DNA from: Chromatiales bacterium
GTDB taxonomy: Bacteria; Pseudomonadota; Gammaproteobacteria; Steroidobacterales; Woeseiaceae
Direction: 5' to 3'
NCBI GenBank assembly: GCA_004282875.1
Contig: SHLT01000003.1
Coordinates: forward strand, 12,917 to 76,916
Length of the DNA stretch: 64,000 bases
Shown: piece by piece, positions 1 through 8,676 of the stretch
Layout: every line of letters begins with the position of its first letter
Numbering within the stretch: the first letter of the stretch is position 1
Notes under the pieces: model-generated
What the model saw: the letters and a program-made list of their open reading frames with translations, nothing else
What the model was told of the DNA's origin: nothing
Databases searched by the model: none
Translations under genes and position numbers: made by a program

Positions 1-2
1 GT

Positions 3-1124
3 GTGCCGCTGACGGAGCTTGCGCCCGACACGGTCACCGCACTCGAACAAGTTCTGGACCCGGAGCTGCCGGCCGTGAATCCGCTCGACGCGTGGAGTCG
101 CGGCGGACCGAATGCAGCAGAAAATATCGCGCGCTGCCTGACACTCCTGCTTCAGGATCCGGGCGCCGCGCTCGGCGCCGTCATTCACGACCGGGCACCG
201 GCGGGCAGGATCTACGAGAGCTATCTTGCGTACATGCAGCATGCCCGCAAGGAATCGGATACGCCCGTCGCACTCGTGGCTGCCAGGCAGGGCACGGGAC
301 ACGACCGCGCCGTAGTGACCAGCACGCATGCAGGTTTCCCGGTACTGGATGGCGTTACCCAGTTTCTCACCGGTGTCCGCGCACTGTTCGCGTATCGCGA
401 TTTCCAGCTGCGCCGCGAGTCGACGCGGCTGCCGGTCGACGCGGCCGTCGTCAAACCGTGGCGGAGGCGCCTGGCGGGCGGCTCGACCTTGGGCGAATTC
501 GAATCCCTGCGCATGCTGAATGATTTCGGGATCGCGACGGTAACGTGCGCGCTGGCAAACTCCGAGAATGAGGCGGTCGCGGCCGCGAGAGACATGGGGT
601 ATCCGGTGGCCCTGAAGACGGCCGGGGAGAGTATGTTGCACAAATCGGAGCACGGTGGCGTAGTTCTCGGCGTCGAAGACGAGGCGCAGTTGTGCAGCGC
701 GTACGGCGGCATGAGTACGCGCCTTGGCAACGACGTGCTCATCTCGGCCATGGCCGATGCCGGCGTGGAAATGCTGCTGGGCATCAAGCACGATCCGCAG
801 TTTGGCCCGGTGGTCTTGATCGGTTCAGGAGGCGTGCTCGCCGAGACTCTCGGTGACGTGCAGTATGCATTGCCACCATTCGACGCGGCGCATGCGCGTC
901 GCTGTGTCGATCGCCTGCAGCTCCGGCCATTGCTGGATGGCGTGCGTGGCGAGGCTGCTGCCGACATTGAAGCGTTCTGCAACATCGCCGCGCGCTTTTC
1001 GGAGATGGCCGCTGCACTCGCAGACGTGCTGGCAGAGGTCGACGTGAACCCGGTCATCGTGCAGGAACGCGGTGCGATTGCCGTGGACGCCCTGGTTACG
1101 GGGCGCAAAACCGAGGAAAGCTGA
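3..1124 (+). CDS. Acetate--CoA ligase (ADP-forming) family protein, ATP-grasp C-terminal part (5' truncated by window)
   Basis: NPLDAW, GYPVALK, HKSEHGGV, DPQFGPVV and EVDVNPV motifs of NDP-forming acyl-CoA synthetases. Confidence 0.85.
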   Translation: MPLTELAPDTVTALEQVLDPELPAVNPLDAWSRGGPNAAENIARCLTLLLQDPGAALGAVIHDRAPAGRIYESYLAYMQHARKESDTPVALVAARQGTGHDRAVVTSTHAGFPVLDGVTQFLTGVRALFAYRDFQLRRESTRLPVDAAVVKPWRRRLAGGSTLGEFESLRMLNDFGIATVTCALANSENEAVAAARDMGYPVALKTAGESMLHKSEHGGVVLGVEDEAQLCSAYGGMSTRLGNDVLISAMADAGVEMLLGIKHDPQFGPVVLIGSGGVLAETLGDVQYALPPFDAAHARRCVDRLQLRPLLDGVRGEAAADIEAFCNIAARFSEMAAALADVLAEVDVNPVIVQERGAIAVDALVTGRKTEES

Positions 1125-1125
1125 C

Positions 1126-1971
1126 GTGCAGAAGCTCGCAATCTATCAGTCACTCTGGGGCATGCAGCTCAGGAACCCCAACCGGGCAGAACGCAGCGAC
1201 GAAGAGGCGTTTGCCATGGTGGCCGAAGCGGGCTTCGATGGCATGTGCCTCGATCCGTCGGTTGAGGAAATTGCGGAAAACCTCGACAGGCAGAACCTGT
1301 TCGAAGCACACGGGCTCGGCTGCATGGTCAACGCGTTTCCGTATTCCCCGGACGACATGGAGCCGCTGCTCGATCTTGCCAATGACATGAACGCGTGCAT
1401 GGTCAACGTGATCAGCGGGGTCATGCCGATCAGGCCGGAAGAGGCGGTGCCCGTGGTGCGAGACTGGATCGGTACCGCCAAACGCAAGCGCATGCCGATG
1501 TTATTTGAAACGCATCGCGACGGCCTGCTGAACGATCTCTATTTCACGCTGCAGCTCATGGAACTCGTCCCGGACATGCGCCTGTGTGCCGACCTGTCGC
1601 ATTTCGTGGTGGACCGGGAGCTGCGCGCACCGGTGCCGGAGCGCGACGAGCAGTACATGAGATCGGTGCTCGACCGTTCCGACTGCTTCCAGGGCCGCAT
1701 TGCGAGCCGGGAACAGGTGCAGATTCAGATCGACTTCCCGCAGCACCGGCAATGGGTCGATATCTTCAAGGCCTGGTGGAAGTACGGCATCGCACAGTGG
1801 CGCAAACGTAACGATGACGATGCGACGCTCGTATTCCTGTGCGAGCTCGGTCCACCGCCGTACGCGATTACCGACGCGAACCAGGACGAGCTGTCCGACC
1901 GCTGGCAGGAATCGCTACAGATTCGTGACTGGGTTCGGGATATCTGGTCGGCGCTGGAAGATGAGGATTGA
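1126..1971 (+). CDS. Sugar phosphate isomerase/epimerase (xylose isomerase-like TIM barrel)
   Basis: ETHR, ADLSHF and CELGP metal-binding motifs; GTG start at 1126 follows a GAGGA RBS just after the upstream stop. Confidence 0.75.
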   Translation: MQKLAIYQSLWGMQLRNPNRAERSDEEAFAMVAEAGFDGMCLDPSVEEIAENLDRQNLFEAHGLGCMVNAFPYSPDDMEPLLDLANDMNACMVNVISGVMPIRPEEAVPVVRDWIGTAKRKRMPMLFETHRDGLLNDLYFTLQLMELVPDMRLCADLSHFVVDRELRAPVPERDEQYMRSVLDRSDCFQGRIASREQVQIQIDFPQHRQWVDIFKAWWKYGIAQWRKRNDDDATLVFLCELGPPPYAITDANQDELSDRWQESLQIRDWVRDIWSALEDED

Positions 1972-1987
1972 GCGGTCGTTTCAGCTG

Positions 1988-2614
1988 TCACGGGTTCATG
2001 GTTCCGACGGCAATCAACACGGCAGCGATGAAACCGAGAAGCACGAGCGTCTCCATGTGGTCGACAAACCACTCGAGAATAGCCCGGCCGCGTGGTCCCA
2101 GCCAGGGGCCCGCTCGTAACTCGTCGGCTCGGGCTTCCAGTTCAGGCGGCAGGGTCTTTCCTGAAATCGTCAAGTAGTAGAAACGCATCTTCGGCGTACC
2201 GTACAGCCAGCCGAAGACGAGCAGTGCGACAGCCATGGTCGCATACAGCCGCAAGGAATCGTCGACAGGCAGATTACCGAGGAAGCCCTTACCGGCGATG
2301 GTTGCGCCGGACAGCACCAGCGCATAGAGCGCGATGATCGGCCGGCTGAGCGGGCTGTTCATGTTAATTGAGTAGAACACCCCGAACGGCAGGATGAAAT
2401 GCAGCACAGCAATGTAGAACGCATCGAAGCCTGTGGGCTCGAATGTGCCGGAGTCGCCCATCGAGACGGCGACGGCGTACACGAGCGTACCGGCGACCGA
2501 GAACATCGACAGCCCGCCGAGCAGCTTGAGCAGGGCCGGCGGCTCTACGTCGGGCCGATTTTCAAACCGCGGCGACCAGAACTTGATTCTTTGTCCGGGC
2601 CTCATGTGAACCAT
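1988..2614 (-). CDS. Hypothetical membrane protein (about 5 TM helices)
   Basis: Several hydrophobic segments; lies 13 bp downstream of the amidohydrolase on the same strand. Confidence 0.7.
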   Translation of the reverse strand: MVHMRPGQRIKFWSPRFENRPDVEPPALLKLLGGLSMFSVAGTLVYAVAVSMGDSGTFEPTGFDAFYIAVLHFILPFGVFYSINMNSPLSRPIIALYALVLSGATIAGKGFLGNLPVDDSLRLYATMAVALLVFGWLYGTPKMRFYYLTISGKTLPPELEARADELRAGPWLGPRGRAILEWFVDHMETLVLLGFIAAVLIAVGTMNP

Positions 2615-2627
2615 CAGCTTGTTCCGG

Positions 2628-5573
2628 TCATAGTTCCGCCGGGCTGCCGTGCACCGGTTTGCCGCCGAACAGGGTCAACACCGCTTTGGTCTCGGAGATT
2701 TGCTCGGCATCGATTTCGAAGATGTTCTGGTCGAGTACGACGAGATCAGCAAATTTGCCGACTTCAATGGAACCCGTCACATCGTCCTGGTGATTGACGT
2801 ACGCAGAGCCCATTGTGAACGCCTCCACAGCCTGAGCGACCGTTATGCGTTGCTCCGGATTCAAAACCTCTGTCGCGTGAGTGTCGGCGTCAACGCGCGT
2901 CACCGCGGTTTCGATCTGGGGCATCGGGTCAACGGTCGAAACCGACCAGTCGCTGCCAAACGCCACCTTACCGCCGGCGTCGAGAACGGATTTAATCGGG
3001 TACATCCAGCGCGCCGTCTCGGCACTGATGAACGGCAGGGTCAGGTCGACGACGTATTCGTCGGCGTAGGCCCAGACCGGCTGGAAGTTGGCGACGGCGC
3101 CGAGTTCGGCAAAGCGGGCGTGATCGTCGGGATGTACCACCTGCAGGTGCGACAGGTGGTGCCGCAGGTCGGCATCGCCGTGACGCTGGTTGGCTTCTTC
3201 CACCGCATCAAGCGCTAAACGCGCCGCGCCGTCACCCAGGGCATGGAAGTGCACCTGGAATCCCTCGGCCGCCAGGTTGCTGACGACCTCGACCATCTCG
3301 GTGGGTTCAATCATGGGCGTACCGCTGGTGCCGCTGTCGACGAGGTAGGGTTCGAGCATGACGGCCGTGTAGTTTTCCATGACGCCGTCGACGAATATTT
3401 TCACGCTTGTGGCACTCAGGTTCCCTTGCGTATAGCGCTCGCGCAGTGCCTTCATTGCCGCTATTTGCCCGTCAGGACCCTCAGCGTCCCACAGCAAGGC
3501 GGCAACAACGCGCAGATTGAGTTTGCCCATCTTGTCGAGGTGTTCGTAAACCTCGAGCTCGGGCTCCTCGGCGTAGGCTTTTTGCAGTGACGTTATGCCA
3601 ACGCTGTGCATCAGGTCGCGCGCATACTCCAGGGCGGCGAGCCGCTCCTCGAAGGTTGGCGCGGGTACGTGCTTCGCGACGAGTCGCATGGCACCTTCCT
3701 GCAGGCTGCCAATAGACTCGCCAGTTTCCGGATCGCGATCGATAAAGCCGTCAACCGGGTCGGGCGTGTCTTGCGTAACGCCCGCGATCTCGAGTGCCCG
3801 GCTGTTGGCCCAGCCGGAATGGCCGTCGGCCGATGTGAGATAGACGGCGTGGTCGGGCGCCAGTTCGTCGAGAATGTCTTTGCTGGCCTTTGCACCGGGG
3901 CCAAAAGCCGCCATCGACCAGCCACCGCCAGTGATCCATTCGCTGTCTTCGCTGCGGGCCACGCAGTCCGGAATGACGGACCGGTAGTGATCGACGGTTT
4001 CTGCCTCGCCGAGGTAACAGCTCAGGGCTTCGAGACCTGCGTAGAGGGGATGGACATGCGCATCCTGGAAGCCGGGAAGCATGAGCCGCCCGCGCAGGTC
4101 GTGAGCCGTCGTATCGGGGCCGATGTGCGCACGCACCTCGTCGTCCGAACCCACAAACTCGATCGTGCCGTTGCGAATGGCCACGGCCTGGGCCCATGGC
4201 CGTTCAGCATTCACGGTGTAGATCTTGCCGGTGTGATAGACGATGTCGGCGAACTGCTTTTTCTTCTTCGTTATCTGCTTGACGATGTTGCCGCCCTTGA
4301 TCACCACCGGAACGTCCTGCAGCGTGGTGATGTCGTCCAGCGGATTGACCTTCACGGCGATGATGTCGCCATAGCGGCCCGGTTCGATGGCGCCTACGTC
4401 GGCAGACAGTCCCATGTGTTCGGCGGCAAGGGAGGTTGCGCTCCTGATCGCATCCATTGGCGTCATGCCGCGACGTACCATGACCTCGAACTGGCGTGCG
4501 TTCAACCCATGTGGCAAAACGCCGGCATCGGTGCCGTATAGAATGGGCACACCGGCCGCATACGCTTTCTCGAAGACGACTCGCTGGGCTTCCGTTGTCT
4601 CGTCATTCTTGCGCATGAACTCTTCGGGGTAGCCGAGCTCTTCGCCGACTTCGGCCGTGAACGTCCCGTTGTACACATCCATCGAGAACGCGACGCCGTG
4701 CTCAACAGCCAGTGCAATCGCTTCGTCGTCGCCGAGCGAGGCATGCTCGATCGAGTCGACGCCGGCGAGAATGGCGTCCTTGATCGACTGCGCGCCGTGC
4801 GCATGGGCCGTGACTTTCACGCCGTTCGCATGCGCAACGTCGACGACCGCCGCGATCTCTTCCGGAGTCATTTCCGGTGAGCCAGGTACGCCGCCGTAGG
4901 CGAAAACTGCGCCTGAGGCGATGATCTTGATTATGTCCGCGCCGTTGTCGAGTACGCGCTGAGTAGCTGCCGCAAACTGCTCGGGTCCGCGCGCGACGCC
5001 AATGCGAATCCCCGCCGGTATGTCACTTTCGTCACGGCCGGGAACAACGAGATCGCCGCCACCTCCGGGAATGGTCAGGTACGACCCTGCCGTCTGGATG
5101 CGTGGGCCCGGTGCCTCTCCCTGGGCGATGTTCTCACGGGCCTCCAGGATGGCCTCGGGAAAATAGTCACCGACATTGCGAACCGTCGTAAAGCCGGCCT
5201 GCAGCGTGATGCCCGCGTTCTTGAGTGTGATCGCCATCGTCTCAGCCATACTGCGGCGGTAGTAAATCGTGAGGTCGCTGGAGTCGTCGTGTTTCAGGGC
5301 GAGATGCGTGTGCGTGTCGATCAGGCCGGGGAGGCAAACGTACTCGGTCAGGTTCAGGACTTCCGCATCTTCCGCGGCGGGTGCATGGATCGAAAGCAAC
5401 TGCTCGATACGACCGTTGCGTATCAGCACCGTGGTCGGGCCCAGCGCATCGTCAGCCAGACCGTCGATGACAGCGCCACAGCGAACCACGAGGATGTCGT
5501 CTTGCTCCTCGGGTGCTTGCTGGCACGCTGACACAAGTACGACGGCCACAACGGCCATTAAGGAATAACGCAT
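2628..5573 (-). CDS. Lipoprotein fusing two amidohydrolase domains (Xaa-Pro dipeptidase-like plus YtcJ/Amidohydro_3-like)
   Basis: Lipobox LVSAC; first domain PGLIDTHTH, K, AHAHG, EHA, GTDAG; second domain PGFQDAHVH, KIFVDG, FHALGD, SHLQ, GSDW. Confidence 0.85.
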   Translation of the reverse strand: MRYSLMAVVAVVLVSACQQAPEEQDDILVVRCGAVIDGLADDALGPTTVLIRNGRIEQLLSIHAPAAEDAEVLNLTEYVCLPGLIDTHTHLALKHDDSSDLTIYYRRSMAETMAITLKNAGITLQAGFTTVRNVGDYFPEAILEARENIAQGEAPGPRIQTAGSYLTIPGGGGDLVVPGRDESDIPAGIRIGVARGPEQFAAATQRVLDNGADIIKIIASGAVFAYGGVPGSPEMTPEEIAAVVDVAHANGVKVTAHAHGAQSIKDAILAGVDSIEHASLGDDEAIALAVEHGVAFSMDVYNGTFTAEVGEELGYPEEFMRKNDETTEAQRVVFEKAYAAGVPILYGTDAGVLPHGLNARQFEVMVRRGMTPMDAIRSATSLAAEHMGLSADVGAIEPGRYGDIIAVKVNPLDDITTLQDVPVVIKGGNIVKQITKKKKQFADIVYHTGKIYTVNAERPWAQAVAIRNGTIEFVGSDDEVRAHIGPDTTAHDLRGRLMLPGFQDAHVHPLYAGLEALSCYLGEAETVDHYRSVIPDCVARSEDSEWITGGGWSMAAFGPGAKASKDILDELAPDHAVYLTSADGHSGWANSRALEIAGVTQDTPDPVDGFIDRDPETGESIGSLQEGAMRLVAKHVPAPTFEERLAALEYARDLMHSVGITSLQKAYAEEPELEVYEHLDKMGKLNLRVVAALLWDAEGPDGQIAAMKALRERYTQGNLSATSVKIFVDGVMENYTAVMLEPYLVDSGTSGTPMIEPTEMVEVVSNLAAEGFQVHFHALGDGAARLALDAVEEANQRHGDADLRHHLSHLQVVHPDDHARFAELGAVANFQPVWAYADEYVVDLTLPFISAETARWMYPIKSVLDAGGKVAFGSDWSVSTVDPMPQIETAVTRVDADTHATEVLNPEQRITVAQAVEAFTMGSAYVNHQDDVTGSIEVGKFADLVVLDQNIFEIDAEQISETKAVLTLFGGKPVHGSPAEL

Positions 5574-5590
5574 ACAGGACCTCCCAAGGC

Positions 5591-5606
5591 TGGTACTACA
5601 GTACCA
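5591..5606. promoter_or_regulatory. Palindrome TGGTACT-AC-AGTACCA, putative operator
   Basis: Perfect 7-bp inverted repeat in the short gap between the divergent amidohydrolase and mmuM genes. Confidence 0.4.
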
Positions 5607-5641
5607 AGCATGGCTTGCTCAAGTGAAGTAAGCTCGGGCGG

Positions 5642-6574
5642 ATGGCAGGAAAAGCTTTCCAGGCAGCACTGCAAAGGGATGTGCCGTTGATCCTGGACGG
5701 CGGCCTTGCGACCCAGCTGGAGGCCCAGGGTTGCGATATCGGCAATGCGCTCTGGTCGGCGTCGCTGCTGCAGACGGCTCCCGAAGAGATTGTTGCAGCG
5801 ACCAGGGCATACCTCGAGGCGGGTGCCGAGTGCGTCGCGACAGCAACCTACCAGGCGAGTCATGAGGGATATGCTGCACTGGGTTTGTCGGCAAAGGAGG
5901 CTGACGACCTGATGCTGCTGTCCGTAGCGCTCGCTGAACGAGCTCGCAGCGAGTATCTGCGGGCGCACGCCGAATGTGATTTCGTACCCCTGGTGGCGGC
6001 GAGCCTAGGGCCGTATGGCGCCATGCTGCACGACGGTTCGGAGTACCGGGGCGACTACGGCGTCACGGCTGAGACGCTTCGAGGGTTTCATGCACCGCGA
6101 CTCGAATTGTTGGGTGACAGCGGCGCCGACGTGCTGGCGCTGGAGACCATTCCGTCACACCTCGAGGCAGAGGTATTGGCGGAGCTGCTTGCCGGTTGCG
6201 CCATGCCTGCCTGGATCAGTTTTTCGTGTCGCGACGGTGCGCAGCTTGTTGACGGCACGCCGATAGAAGACGTCGCAGCCATGTTTGCGGAGCATCCTCG
6301 AGTAGTCGCGGTGGGTATCAACTGCACGCCACCGCAGTTCGCGCCGGAACTGGTGCGACGAGTATGTGCTGTCGTGCCGGACAAAGCTGTCATGGCCTAT
6401 CCCAATTCGGGCGAGACCTACCATGCCGAAGATAATTCGTGGTCCGGCACGGTAACGCCGGGCGACTGCGCCGCCGCGGCGCGCAGCTGGGTTGAGGTTG
6501 GTGCCCGCATTGTCGGCGGCTGCTGTCGTATGGGGCCCGAGCACATTCAGGCAATGCGAAACGAACTCAGATAA
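5642..6574 (+). CDS. mmuM: Homocysteine S-methyltransferase
   Basis: LDGGLATQLE, LWSA, GPYGAMLHDGSEY, ETIP, GINC, YPNSGE and GGCC (Zn ligands). Confidence 0.92.
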   Translation: MAGKAFQAALQRDVPLILDGGLATQLEAQGCDIGNALWSASLLQTAPEEIVAATRAYLEAGAECVATATYQASHEGYAALGLSAKEADDLMLLSVALAERARSEYLRAHAECDFVPLVAASLGPYGAMLHDGSEYRGDYGVTAETLRGFHAPRLELLGDSGADVLALETIPSHLEAEVLAELLAGCAMPAWISFSCRDGAQLVDGTPIEDVAAMFAEHPRVVAVGINCTPPQFAPELVRRVCAVVPDKAVMAYPNSGETYHAEDNSWSGTVTPGDCAAAARSWVEVGARIVGGCCRMGPEHIQAMRNELR

Positions 6575-7199
6575 GTATTCCAGGCAGGTCGACAGGCGAC
6601 GCTGCTATCGCCGTCGCACCGGCGCCTTCGAGTTCCTCGACCGAGCCATAACCGTAGGCAACGCCGACCGGCGTCATTTGGTTCGCTACCGCACCGATGA
6701 GGTCGTGCTTGCGATCGCCAACCATGACGTGGCGCGCGCCGCCCGGGTTCCTGCCGATGGCAAATTCCAGCAGCTCCGTCTTGGTGCCGCGCGTGCCGTC
6801 AAGTTCGCTGCCATACACCGTGGCGAAGAACTCACCCATGCCGAAGTGCTCGACGATACGCGCCGCATGCTTATGCGGCTTTGCTGTGGCAACGAACAGC
6901 AGGTGACCGGCAGTGGCTATAGCGTCGAGGGCATCGACGATGCCGTCGTAGGGTTTGTTTTCCTGCCAGCCGATATCGACGAAACGTTCGCGGTACAGGT
7001 CGACCGCCTTTCTGGTCAGGTCGTCCCCGACCAATTCCGGAAACGTGTCCCACAGGGGAGGGCCGATGCAGCTATAGAGGTAGTCATCGTCGGGATGCGG
7101 GAACCCGAGCTCATCGAGCGCATACAGGATGCACTTTGTGATGCCCTCGTAAGGGTCGGTCAGCGTGCCGTCAAGGTCGAAGTAGACATGCGTAGTCAT
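6567..7199 (-). CDS. HAD-family hydrolase (5'-nucleotidase/phosphoglycolate phosphatase-like)
   Basis: FDLDGTLTD, ATAK, VGDRKHD and GYGS motifs. Confidence 0.88.
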   Translation of the reverse strand: MTTHVYFDLDGTLTDPYEGITKCILYALDELGFPHPDDDYLYSCIGPPLWDTFPELVGDDLTRKAVDLYRERFVDIGWQENKPYDGIVDALDAIATAGHLLFVATAKPHKHAARIVEHFGMGEFFATVYGSELDGTRGTKTELLEFAIGRNPGGARHVMVGDRKHDLIGAVANQMTPVGVAYGYGSVEELEGAGATAIAASPVDLPGILI

Positions 7200-7256
7200 C
7201 GCCGTAGCATACAAGCAATACCGCGGCGCGCCTCAACTAATAGTGTGGGGGTTGCG

Positions 7257-7607
7257 TCAGAAACTGACGCGCAGCGCCAGGACCGTGGCGCCGATGTCAA
7301 AGCCGTAGACTGGACCGATCAAGTCGCTGGTCTGGGTGAACGGGTCGACTCGCAAATCAAAGGACAGCTGCGGGGAAGCGCGAAAGCGCAGCCCCAGGCC
7401 GGCGCGGTCCGACCACAGGTCGCTGGTCAGGTAGGTCAGGTCGAACAGGGTTTGCGCGCGATCCTCGGGCCGGAACAATTCCCAGCCGTTGTCGCCCAGC
7501 GGGACAACGCGTGCGTCGGCATGGAGCGCGTCAGCCGGCGTTTCGGCGAACACGCCTGTCGTGAACAGCGAGAGGAGCAATGCGATCCCTGCAGTGCGTT
7601 TCGACAT
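7257..7607 (-). CDS. Small exported protein, possibly outer-membrane beta-strand protein
   Basis: Signal peptide MSKRTAGIALLLSLFTTGVFA; amphipathic strands; C-terminal Phe (ALRVSF). Confidence 0.6.
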   Translation of the reverse strand: MSKRTAGIALLLSLFTTGVFAETPADALHADARVVPLGDNGWELFRPEDRAQTLFDLTYLTSDLWSDRAGLGLRFRASPQLSFDLRVDPFTQTSDLIGPVYGFDIGATVLALRVSF

Positions 7608-7658
7608 AATCCATCCTGGAGCCGCCGGTAACGAGATTACAGGGTAGTAGATAGGTCC

Positions 7659-7682
7659 GTGACAGGCGCGTACGCCTGTCAC
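7659..7682. other. 10-bp perfect inverted repeat GTGACAGGCG-CGTA-CGCCTGTCAC (hairpin or operator)
   Basis: Read directly; intergenic, with no clear U-tract. Confidence 0.45.
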
Positions 7683-7732
7683 AATTCCGTCCGTGGGCGC
7701 TTGAATCGCCTTGTAGAGCGCGGTCGGCGGAC

Positions 7733-8002
7733 CTAGCTATCGGCGCGAGTAATCGCCCTTTGCATCATCTTGTCACGAAGATGACGCAATGCTCTCCTGC
7801 TTTCATTATCAAGATCGGCGGGCATTGCCGAGAATGCCGATAGCATGGCGATGTCGTTCGCTTCGGCCAGATTGACATTCAATAACCGCAATTCCTGCTC
7901 GATGTTGTCCAGCGTCAGATCCGACAAGTCGTTCTCCAATAGGGTGTGTGTTCGTGACTGTACGCGTTGTCGTGACGCGAAGCGACGCTTCGACCCGCAC
8001 AT
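7733..8002 (-). CDS. Small hypothetical protein (start uncertain)
   Basis: Fills the gap between same-strand genes; helical acidic C-terminal half. Confidence 0.4.
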   Translation of the reverse strand: MCGSKRRFASRQRVQSRTHTLLENDLSDLTLDNIEQELRLLNVNLAEANDIAMLSAFSAMPADLDNESRRALRHLRDKMMQRAITRADS

Positions 8003-8038
8003 CTGCGTCAGGCCGGGCAGGAAGTCCTCCGCTTCGGT

Positions 8039-8590
8039 CTAGAAGATGAGGCGTGCCGTCACCGACGTGCCGATAATGCCGAGGTCATAGCTGGGACCCA
8101 GCAAGTCGTCTTCCCAGACCATTGCGTCGGCCTGGATGCCGATCGAAAAGTTGCGCGACGGACTGTAGCGAAGGCCAATGCCGCCGGCCGCGGCGGACTG
8201 GTCGTCCTCGATGCCGAAGCCGGCGTCGAATTCGAGTGTGCCAACACCGAGCTGGCCGTAAAGTTCCCAGCCACTGTCGCCAAACGGCACCGTTCCGACG
8301 AGGTGCGCCGACAATGCGGTGACTTCAAAGGGGGCACCGTCGATGGCGAAAGTGCCGAAATCGGAGTAGCGGCCTTCGATGGCGAGATACTTGAAGACCT
8401 TGTAGCCGGCAAACAACATCGAGGTCGTATCGGAGTCATCCCGTATGAAGCCCGCAAATGCGTCGCCATCGTCAAACAGCGACGTGCCTATGCCGCCGCC
8501 GATATACGGGCCGTAAGATTGTGGCTCTGCAGCCTGCGCCGTGCCGAAAGCAACAAGAAGTGTCATAACGATCAGTGTTTTCTTAAGCAT
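8039..8590 (-). CDS. Outer-membrane 8-stranded beta-barrel protein (OmpA-like transmembrane domain)
   Basis: Signal peptide, YIGGGIG, FAGYK..YLAIEGRY, GGIGLRY and terminal Phe. Confidence 0.85.
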   Translation of the reverse strand: MLKKTLIVMTLLVAFGTAQAAEPQSYGPYIGGGIGTSLFDDGDAFAGFIRDDSDTTSMLFAGYKVFKYLAIEGRYSDFGTFAIDGAPFEVTALSAHLVGTVPFGDSGWELYGQLGVGTLEFDAGFGIEDDQSAAAGGIGLRYSPSRNFSIGIQADAMVWEDDLLGPSYDLGIIGTSVTARLIF

Positions 8591-8648
8591 AATCTGTCTC
8601 CCTCACCGCTATTGCGGGTTGCTAGAGGAGCAGACTAGACGGGCTGGA

Positions 8649-8664
8649 TGAACGACGGGTGAAC
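8649..8664 (-). promoter_or_regulatory. Direct repeat GTTCA-N6-GTTCA (OmpR-family box-like) upstream of the OMP gene
   Basis: TGAAC at 8649 and 8660 on the + strand (11-bp period); a -10-like TAGTCT at 8637-8632 on the minus strand. Confidence 0.35.
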
Positions 8665-8676
8665 GGCCGTCAGCGC

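Noticed and set aside
6492..7631. 379-aa plus-strand ORF and other long antisense ORFs (e.g. 26940-28187, 31272-32219, 3606-4541)
   Set aside because: They overlap well-supported genes on the opposite strand and have no recognisable domains
7733..8590. Amber readthrough joining the OMP to the in-frame downstream ORF
   Set aside because: The OMP ends with the canonical terminal Phe, and no pyrrolysine or recoding signal is evident
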